Source: Candidatus Heimdallarchaeota archaeon (GTDB taxonomy: Archaea; Asgardarchaeota; Wukongarchaeia; Wukongarchaeales; JBHIFL01). From it: a stretch of DNA of 17,333 bases. The DNA lies in assembly GCA_046761065.1 (NCBI GenBank), contig JBHIFL010000082.1:1-17333 (forward strand). Direction: 5' to 3'. Below are positions 1 through 7,232 of this stretch, piece by piece (position 1 is the first letter of the stretch; the number at the start of each line of letters is the position of its first letter). A program made the translations under genes and the position numbers. The notes under the pieces were generated by a model. That model made no database searches. It was given only the letters and a program-made list of their open reading frames with translations, and was not told where the DNA came from.

Positions 1-1090
1 AAGACATATTATTAATATCAATAGGACGATCTAGGGTCATTTTTGCAAGTAATATTTTTGGATCTGCATTTAGAAGTAATCCATCTTCTGTTAAAACCTG
101 TTTTAATTCAGAGAAGTCGAATTTATAAACACGCATCAGCCAATCAAACTGATAGAGCCGATATTCCCGCCAAATAGGAACTGCAGCCCGCGATTCAAGA
201 GGTGTGCCAGTTATAGGATCAAAAACTGCAAAATATCCTCTTTTCAATCCTAGGTGATTGTATTCCCACTTCAACTGAGTTAAAATTTCCAGATCTGTTT
301 CATTTCCAGCGCCAACAATAAATTGAGTAGTCTGACCAGCGGGTAGCATACCCTGTTTTTGTAGACCTTGAATCCAAGTTTGTCTTCGAAGAATATCATT
401 TTGATAGTCTTTCACTCCCGCAATCTCGCTCAGTCTAGATGCAGAAGGGGCTTCTATATTAATACTCACACGATCCGCCCATTCTACAGCTTGTCGGATG
501 TGTTCATAGCTTGCTCCTGGTAAAATCTTGAGATGGATGTACCCTCGAAACCTAAATTTTGTTCGGAGAATTTGCACAGATTCGAGTAGGTCCTCCATAG
601 TTTTGTCAACATCTCTCTTAATCCCTGAGCTCAGGAACAATCCTTCCACATAATTTCTCAAGTATAATTTCATGAAGATTGTTGCTAACTCATTTGGTGT
701 GTAACTAAAATGCCCTACCTTGTTCCCCCGAGTAGAGTTTGTAGAATTTATACAGTATTTACAATCAAATGAACATACATTTGTATAGAGTGTTTTGAAA
801 AGTGAAACACATCTACCATCCGGGGTGTAACTGTGGCAGATTCCACTAGCAACGGCATTCCCAATTCGATTACTACTAGATGCACAACGGGGCGAAGCAG
901 TTGAGGCACATACGTCATATTTTCCTCCAGCACCCAATGTGTGAATTTTTGCTAAGAATTTATCATTTCTCGTCAAAACGTTATTCTCTTCATTTATCCA
1001 TGATGAGAAATACGTATCACTAGTATTCAAACCAAGGGTGTCATATCGACTCAACTCTGCTAGAGTTTGGATTTTATCTTGAGATGTCAT
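1..1090 (-). CDS. Putative DNA modification/repair radical SAM protein (TIGR03916/COG4277-like), 3'-truncated by the window edge
   Basis: Not in the ORF track. Manual translation from ATG 1090 is open to the window edge: MTSQDKIQTL...GGKYDVCAS...GICHSYTPDGRCVSLFKTLYTNVCSFDCKYC (CxxxCxxC)...NYVEGLFLSSG...FRGYIHLKILPGA...ADRVSINIE...PAGQTTQFIVGA...REYRLYQFDWLMRVYKF...PIDINN. GAGGA lies upstream of the ATG. Confidence 0.92.
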   Translation of the reverse strand, partial: MTSQDKIQTLAELSRYDTLGLNTSDTYFSSWINEENNVLTRNDKFLAKIHTLGAGGKYDVCASTASPRCASSSNRIGNAVASGICHSYTPDGRCVSLFKTLYTNVCSFDCKYCINSTNSTRGNKVGHFSYTPNELATIFMKLYLRNYVEGLFLSSGIKRDVDKTMEDLLESVQILRTKFRFRGYIHLKILPGASYEHIRQAVEWADRVSINIEAPSASRLSEIAGVKDYQNDILRRQTWIQGLQKQGMLPAGQTTQFIVGAGNETDLEILTQLKWEYNHLGLKRGYFAVFDPITGTPLESRAAVPIWREYRLYQFDWLMRVYKFDFSELKQVLTEDGLLLNADPKILLAKMTLDRPIDINNMS

Positions 1091-1527
1091 CTTACTGTCC
1101 TCTTTAGGCGTGAAGAATTCCTATTTAGAAACTCTAAGATGACTTGTAGAAGTTTTTTGGCCCCTAATCAAAGTTGAATAATTCTGATCAAATTTTTGCA
1201 TAGAGAGAGGCCTTTCAAAATAAAGAAACTAAAAGAAGACCTCTCGAGTCCAATAATCTTCGAAATCCGAAAATCCAACTCGAATTACGTATAAACATTT
1301 TTGATTGACCTTTTTTACGCCGAAAATCCGATTAAAGTTCTTTTCAATGGCCAGTAACGTTGATAATGTGGCACTATTATTAAAATATATCAATTAAAAA
1401 TTGGAAAGGACCTACGAAATGTTATTACCCATAGTAGAATCCATTTGAGCCGAAAATGGATGAAAGATGCCACTAAAATTAATTAATTATTTGATAAAAT
1501 ATTTCGATCTTATTGGAAGTATCTTAT

Positions 1528-1842
1528 ATGGCAAACTACAAACAAGCAGCCCTTTTGCTTATCCCTTCCTATGCGTTTATCATACTTCTCTGGGACTTTT
1601 TTCAAGTTAAAGGATTTCTGATTTGGACAGTAATCGCTGTAGCAATCCTAATAGGGCAATCAGTATACGAATCTGGATCAGAACCCCCTAAGAAACCCTC
1701 TAAGAAGAAAAAAAATCGAAGGAATGAAGTACCCATAGTTGAATACAGCGATTTGGTAGTTACACGCATAGCTCCAAAAAAGAAACGGGGATGGGAGAAA
1801 AAGATCTCCCGATATAGTAAACTTGATCGTAAAAAAAGATAG
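1528..1842 (+). CDS. Hypothetical membrane protein (two N-terminal TM helices, Lys/Arg-rich C-terminal tail)
   Basis: ORF track 1513..1842 (TTG start); ATG 1528 preferred. Two hydrophobic segments are followed by PPKKPSKKKKNRR and a basic tail. A T-rich tract follows the stop. Confidence 0.6.
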   Translation: MANYKQAALLLIPSYAFIILLWDFFQVKGFLIWTVIAVAILIGQSVYESGSEPPKKPSKKKKNRRNEVPIVEYSDLVVTRIAPKKKRGWEKKISRYSKLDRKKR

Positions 1843-1929
1843 CTGTTTCTGCCAGAAGTTCTATTATTAACATTTATTTTTTAGATTTCTCCCTTGAATG
1901 ATTAATGTGTACAGAAGAAGGGGAGATGA

Positions 1930-1957
1930 CAGGAGACTCCACCGCTTGAGTCTCCTG
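1930..1957. repeat. Perfect 10-bp inverted repeat/hairpin (CAGGAGACTC-N8-GAGTCTCCTG) between convergent genes
   Basis: Arms at 1930-1939 and 1948-1957 are exact reverse complements and GC-rich within an AT-rich intergenic region. Function unknown. Confidence 0.7.
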
Positions 1958-2323
1958 CACAAAGGGGCAAGAAGTACCATTGAGGCAAGACGTTAAACTA
2001 ACTGATTATCAATATCTTGTCCCTTATTCAATTTTATTGTATTAATATTTAAATTAGATAGAACCACTGTCAGTAGTGAATGCTCCAAAATAGTGCTAGA
2101 GTATCCTCGGAATCCTTAAATATTATTGGAGATATTGATAAATTTCGATAATTCAACCAATAACTATCCCGATGGAAGCAAGTCACCCTATTCTTGGTTT
2201 GCAAGCTGTTTGATGTAACTGAATCTTACCAAAGCACTCACCCAAAACCAATAAAAGCAATATTCATGCTGAATGAGAGTTTTTGATTTTTTTATGATTA
2301 TTTTATCAGATGCGTCGAGGAAT

Positions 2324-3967
2324 TCAAGGTACTAAGATGACGAGTCTCTGTAAGCTGATTTCCATTATTCGAGAATTTACATAGCAGATTGAAATACCAA
2401 TAAGTGCTGTTAGAAGAGTAATTCCTGGCAAAGTGATAACTGTTAGGATATGGAATTGTGCAATAGCATAGAGGAACAGTGGTAGTAATGTGACTCCTAT
2501 GGAACCGAACAGCAAGAGTATGCCAAAATAAACACCTTACCTTGTGATAAACCTGGTTCTAGGCATTACTTTGAAATCTGGGAATCGAATGCCTGTCGCC
2601 AACCCAATGAACACCGCTTCAAGAACCACAGCAAATGACACGACAGTTATCGATATCATGATTTTCATCCTTGGATTAATCAATAGCTGCGCAATAACTA
2701 GAAGCACAGCCAGGGCACCAATTGCGGGTACCAGAACCGTTACCAATTTAGCTTTAACAATCTCTTTCTCTTTCAAGGGGGCAGCGAGCAGGTTAATGAA
2801 GGCGTCCCCTTCCTGCCCAATGCTTATCAATGCCAAATAGAAGGCAAGCATGACAATTCCGATTAAGGGCCCTGTAAAGAAAGCTAGTTTGTCACTTATG
2901 GTAGTAGCAGTCGTCCATGTGGAGTACGTGGTGATAAAGGATATTATCACAATTGCTATCGGTATGGCAATCCAGCCAAGCATTTCTTTCCGTCTTATCA
3001 AGCCCCGAAAATCCTTCCAGATCAATGCCGATTCTGCTGCCGTACAACCAAGTCTTCCAAGGAGGCCTCGTTTTGGCGTATAGGCCTTAGAAGGGGCGAT
3101 TTGGATGGAAATCGGGATGGGCACCCAGTATTTCGCTCGTAATTTGACACTGGTCAAGAGAAGTCCCAAGGTAAAGCTCATGTTAAGCAGAGTGTATAGA
3201 AGTGTCTCCATAGTGCCAGCAGCTAAATGTCTCATGATGGCCAAAGTCGGCCAAAGGATTGGAATAAACCAGGCATTGTCTACCCCACCGATAAAATACT
3301 GAAGAACGGTCAGCAGCACGTTAACATTGAACACAAGCATGAATATCACAATCATAAAGATACCTACCACCATTCTTCCAGCTACGGTTGATCTTCCGCT
3401 ACGCTTGTAAAACGTGGCTGACACCCGATTCATTAACGCCCGGAGTATCTCCGTTATAAAGGTCCCTAAAAACAATCCTACGAGCCCAAAAACTAAACTA
3501 AATAGCCAGATATCCGCCATATTAATAGACACTGCGATTCCAAAGGTGGCACCAAAAGCTAAAGCAAGCACTGGAGCTAAAAAGTACGTCAGTGTAAGAG
3601 TTGAAGACATAATATACTCAATCGGCCTTATCGGCAACCAATTAATCATGTCCGTTGACCCTGTGGAAGCTGCCTGCAATTCAAAGAGGATCCCAAACAT
3701 AATGGCTATTAAAGTCATAAAAGATGGAATAAAAATTGAAAAATTCATAAAAAATATAGCCACTGGCATGTCTTTCAAAAAGACATTAGTGAATTGGGGC
3801 GCTAAAATGGCTGCCATTGGAAATGCGACAACAGAGACAATAATATTCACTCTAGGGGATTTCGCAGTCCCTGTTGGAACTTTCCCTTTCGCTCGTTTCT
3901 GCCGCACCGAAGCTAGTGCAAAGATTTTTGCTAGATGCACGACCAAACTCCCGTTCAACATTCTCAC
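2324..3967 (-). pseudogene. Multi-TM ABC exporter permease (ABC-2-like) interrupted by an in-frame TAA at 2537-2539
   Basis: ORFs 2537..3967 and 2324..2515 are in the same frame: ...RTRFITR*GVYFGILLLFGSIG... (547 codons reconstructed). Many TM helices and internally duplicated permease-type motifs (LPIRPIEY / QEGDAFINLLAAPL..KEIVKAK). Directly follows the ABC ATPase. Confidence 0.82.
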
Positions 3968-3969
3968 CG

Positions 3970-4737
3970 TTATTTAACAAGGGCCGAAACAATATCTTGA
4001 ATGTCATTCGTGCCCGTCAAGGTCAGAAAGACGTCTTCCAGTGTAGAATCTGGAAGTTGAGCCATTTCACGTAACTCCGCTGCCGTTCCTTCTGCGAACT
4101 TCCGCCCCTGATTCAGAATCGCTATCCGATCACAGACCGCTTCGGCAATTTCAAGAATGTGGGTGCTCATAAGGATTGTTACACCCTCCGCTGCCAGTTT
4201 GTGAAGTAAATCCTTGACAATTCGAGCGAATTTGGGATCAAGCCCACTTAACGGTTCATCGAGGATTAGCAGTTTGGGTTGGTGCAAGAGCGCCGCAATA
4301 ATGGCGATTTTTTGTTTCATGCCTCGGGAGTATCCACTCATCATCTCATGCTCGCGACCTTCCAAGTCGAAAGCCTCCAGTAACTCTTCGATCCTGGTTT
4401 TCTTTGTTTGCGCATCCAACCCATGCACATCCGCGATAAAATCTAAATATTCCAGACCAGTCAAAAACTCATACAGGTATATGATTTCAGGAACATAGCC
4501 CACATTCTTCTTAACTTCGAATGGATGTCGTACCACATCAAGGCCATACACCTTGAGTTCTCCCGAGTCGGGCTTTAACAGTCCCAGAAGCAACTTCATG
4601 GTTGTAGATTTCCCAGACCCATTTGGTCCGAGAAACCCAAATACTGTTCCCTTTTCAATCTGTAGGTCTAAATTTTGAACTGCATGGGTTTTCCCAAAAC
4701 TCTTTGAAACTGCTCAGATAACAACTGCCTTCTCCAT
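3970..4737 (-). pseudogene. ABC transporter ATP-binding protein with an in-frame TGA at codon 8 (4714-4716)
   Basis: The frame extends upstream of the track start (4599): GAGGT then [53 protein letters not shown]. Walker A GPNGSGKS, signature YSRGMKQK, Walker B LILDEP and the H-loop are all present. A start at 4599 would lack Walker A. Confidence 0.88.
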
Positions 4738-4782
4738 CACAATCTACCTCCGTCTGGAATTCAATTAAACTCATAAACTTGG

Positions 4783-5019
4783 TTATCCGGTTGTTTCAAC
4801 CTCATAGGAAAAAATTTCTTCAATTTGGACATCGAATATCTTGGCTATTTTGAAAGCCAGTTCTAAAGATGGGTTATAATTCCCTTTTTCCATAGCTATC
4901 ACGGTTTGTCTTGTGATTCCAAGCCGGTTTGCAAGTTCTTCCTGCGTTAACTCATGTCTCGTTCTATGCTCCCTAAGTGTATTCATTATTTGTCCGCTCC
5001 GCTTAGATTCGTTCCTCAT
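4783..5019 (-). CDS. XRE-family helix-turn-helix transcriptional regulator (HTH_3)
   Basis: LTQEELANRLGITRQTVIAMEKGNYNPSLELAFKIAKIF is a classic small XRE motif. Start could be 5028, 5019 or 4986. Confidence 0.93.
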   Translation of the reverse strand: MRNESKRSGQIMNTLREHRTRHELTQEELANRLGITRQTVIAMEKGNYNPSLELAFKIAKIFDVQIEEIFSYEVETTG

Positions 5020-5021
5020 TT

Positions 5022-5219
5022 TCACCACTCTGTCCCGTATTTCCTGCTATAGTAGCCATAGAATATATGATCCAGCACCATTAGAGCGCAGATTGAGTAA
5101 AACATTAGATAGCCAATTTGTGTAAATCTGGGGTCACCACTTTTGCCCATTATGATTAAAGTCGCACCAATTATTCCCATTATTATGATAGAGAGCTGTA
5201 GCACCTTTCTCTTCGTCAT
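5022..5219 (-). CDS. Small 2-TM protein resembling the C-terminal half of the neighbouring DUF2178-like proteins
   Basis: Aligns by eye with the C-half of 5228..5623 (LQ..II....G..L...G....P...Q..Y......AL.VL...FYGYY.RKYG). Start is ATG 5219 or GTG 5228. Confidence 0.75.
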   Translation of the reverse strand: MTKRKVLQLSIIIMGIIGATLIIMGKSGDPRFTQIGYLMFYSICALMVLDHIFYGYYSRKYGTEW

Positions 5220-5227
5220 TTGTACCA

Positions 5228-5623
5228 CTATCCTCCATATTTTCTGTTATAGTATCCATAAAATACTACATACAACACTGATAAAGCACTGGCAAAGAAG
5301 GTCAAAGTATAAGCCATCTGTAACACCTCAGGATACTTATATTGACCCAATACCATCAAAACAAGACCCGTTACAACACAGATTATGACAAAAATTTGCA
5401 GAGCTATTCTGGATGCTTTTTCACTTATTAGGTAGGTTCTTTCATCTACGAATACTCCTTTCACTTTTCTCTTAGATAACTGAATAGCTGCCACAACAAG
5501 TGCTGTAACTAATGGTAATATAGCCGCTAATTCGGTATTTCCTTTTGATATGGACCAACCCATTAGTGCTCCCATGCCTACTATTACTATTATTCCAAAC
5601 ATGGTGTATTGTTTCCGGTTCAT
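5228..5623 (-). CDS. DUF2178-like membrane protein (paralog 2)
   Basis: Four TM segments, central DER...I.EKA motif, C-terminal FYGYYNRKYG, AGGTGA RBS, adjacent to an XRE gene as is typical for this family. Confidence 0.85.
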   Translation of the reverse strand: MNRKQYTMFGIIVIVGMGALMGWSISKGNTELAAILPLVTALVVAAIQLSKRKVKGVFVDERTYLISEKASRIALQIFVIICVVTGLVLMVLGQYKYPEVLQMAYTLTFFASALSVLYVVFYGYYNRKYGG

Positions 5624-5644
5624 CGGATCACCTTCTAAATGCTA

Positions 5645-5707
5645 TCAAAATCTACCTGTTATTCCCATTATTATGGTAATGAACTGCTTTACTTTTCTCT
5701 TTGTCAT
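5645..5707 (-). pseudogene. Truncated duplicate (20 codons) of the 5022..5219 small membrane protein
   Basis: MTKRKVKQFITIIMGITGRF* versus MTKRKVLQLSIIIMGIIGAT. DNA 5659-5717 matches 5171-5229 at 48/59 positions without gaps (manual count). Confidence 0.75.
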
Positions 5708-5721
5708 TTATACCACTGTGT

Positions 5722-6120
5722 TCAATACTTTAAGCTATAGTATGCATAGAAAAACCAGTATAACGCTAATAAAGAAGAGACAGGGAGAAGAAATGAACGA
5801 CCAAGTTGATAGTACGGATACCCGCAATAGCTGAATCCTATCAATAAGATAGCTGCCGCTCCAAATACGATAGAAAAAACGATATAAGCCATTTTGGCTG
5901 CTTTTTCGCTTATTTTTTCAGTTCTCTCATCTTCAATTACTTCTTCCACGTATCTACTTAAGAAATATAAAATCCCTAGCCCTATAAGAAGAGCAAATAT
6001 TCCGATTAATGGTAGTATAAGTGAATAAGTGCTTTTTGCAAGCGAAAAAGACCAACCAATTATAATTCCTGCACATGATAATACCCCAAACACACATACA
6101 AACCATTGTTTTCGATTCAT
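5722..6120 (-). CDS. DUF2178-like membrane protein (paralog 1)
   Basis: Starts MNRKQ like paralog 2 with a near-identical RBS context (AGAAGGTGATYCGATG). Contains DERTEKISEKA and ends FYAYYSLKY. Confidence 0.85.
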   Translation of the reverse strand: MNRKQWFVCVFGVLSCAGIIIGWSFSLAKSTYSLILPLIGIFALLIGLGILYFLSRYVEEVIEDERTEKISEKAAKMAYIVFSIVFGAAAILLIGFSYCGYPYYQLGRSFLLPVSSLLALYWFFYAYYSLKY

Positions 6121-6133
6121 CGAATCACCTTCT

Positions 6134-6213
6134 GTAAAGTTCGTTTGACGTTAAACGAACTTGACGTAATGTTGACTTGACGTTATATAAACTTTACGTT
6201 AAGTACACTTTAC
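6134..6213. promoter_or_regulatory. Array of five abutting 16-bp imperfect palindromes (approx. GTWAAG-N4-CTTKAC) overlapping a minus-strand TATA box; putative XRE operator array
   Basis: Units: gtaaagttcgtttgac, gttaaacgaacttgac, gtaatgttgacttgac, gttatataaactttac, gttaagtacactttac. TTTATATA lies on the minus strand at 6191-6184. Confidence 0.8.
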
Positions 6214-6378
6214 ACTTCTTTAAAGTTGCATAAAACAATCATTAATGGTTTTTTATTTTCGCTTTTATTGCGAGTGTGCCTAGAAATATTTGTAGCAGAA
6301 AAAAATAGGTGCCAATGGAACGCCTTTAGGAATATTATCCGTTAGAGGGTGTATCTCTATTTCTTCTTATAGTTAAAA

Positions 6379-7140
6379 CTACTCAGCTTTTATTATGTAA
6401 TCAACCATGGTAGATGCCAATTCTTCTAGGTAGATCTTTCCATGTTCGGCACTCGCTTTGGCAGGAGATCCAAGGACGCCAATAGGAGAAAGGACACCAA
6501 TTCCTCCGTCAAAGATCTTTGTAGTCTCTTTTTCAGTGAATTCTCCAAGGAATCCTGTAGCTTCCGGAATTTTGTTCGTCTTTACCAAGCCCTTTCGAAC
6601 TTACAACATCATGCTGACTTCGCTTTCCCCGGCATGGGCTCCAGATTCTTCTTTCGATATCCCAAGTTTTGCACTCGTTTCCTGCAAGATGGCTATGAAT
6701 TCTTGAAGATCTGAATACGCAATAATCCGGATGTTCGAATGGGTCTTCTGGAGTTCGTCCTTAATTTCTGCCAGGGGACCGAAGTTCCCGCCATGGGCCG
6801 GGATGATCACTATCCGGCGTAAGCCATGTTGTGTTAGGCTCGCACAGTAATCCCTAATCACATTCTGAAGGGTCTCTATTCGTAGTGAAATGGTTCCAGC
6901 GAACGCCATGTGATGATCCGAGCAGCCGATAGTTATTGTTGGGCCTTTAAGAGCATTTTCGAGTTTCTGGGCAACAAGATATGCCAAAGTATCTCCAGCC
7001 GCCGTATCCGTGAACACAGGAAGGCAAGGGCCATGTTGCTCATTACTCTCGACTGTAAAGACGACGGTATCCATACCACAGTCAATGGCAGCTTTAATGT
7101 TCGGAGAGGTCATTTCTTCTTTTTTATGTTTTCAGTCCAT
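6379..7140 (-). pseudogene. Creatininase/creatinine amidohydrolase family protein with in-frame stops at 7132-7134 (TGA) and 6601-6603 (TAA)
   Basis: Motifs EEMTSP, EQHGPCLP...DT, SDHHMAFAGTISL, HGGN, HAGESE, GVLGSPAKASAEHG. ORFs 6601..7113 and 6379..6588 are in frame (SMML*VRKGLVK). An in-frame ATG at 7140 gives MD*KHKKEEMTSP. Confidence 0.85.
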
Positions 7141-7232
7141 TCAAACACTATAACCGACTTCAAACATAATTCATTAATTCCTAATTAGGTTATATTTCCT
7201 ACCTTCTCTTGTCTTATAAACCCAAGGCTTAT

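Noticed and set aside
748-933. 61-aa ORF in the track
   Set aside because: Alternate frame inside the radical SAM gene.
1260-1461. CCGAAAAT repeated three times and an 8-bp dyad ATCCATTT/AAATGGAT (1439-1461)
   Set aside because: Short and irregularly spaced; may be regulatory but is unsupported without comparative data.
1921-1960. Hairpin as a SECIS element or fluoride riboswitch (GGAGATG...CTCC ACCGC)
   Set aside because: No UGA/GA quartet or GAA/A motif in the right positions, the fluoride pseudoknot elements are missing, and there is no co-oriented downstream gene on the + strand.
2530-2545. AG/GTAAG resembling a spliceosomal donor at the permease stop (GTAAG also at the creatininase stop)
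   Set aside because: Gene organisation is prokaryotic and the frames continue with no intervening sequence to remove.
6134-6213. Repeat array as a mini-CRISPR
   Set aside because: Units are 16 bp, degenerate and abut with no spacers; no cas genes are present.
2537-7134. Genome-wide stop-codon reassignment, or Sec/Pyl insertion, explaining the internal stops
   Set aside because: The internal stops are a mix of TAA and TGA, and TAA, TGA and TAG all terminate apparently intact genes here. The TGA positions do not align with conserved Cys sites and none of the stops is TAG.
1-7140. Causal link between the radical SAM DNA enzyme and the nearby C>T-compatible nonsense codons
   Set aside because: No mechanism for local action, and the ancestral codons are unknown; proximity alone is not evidence.
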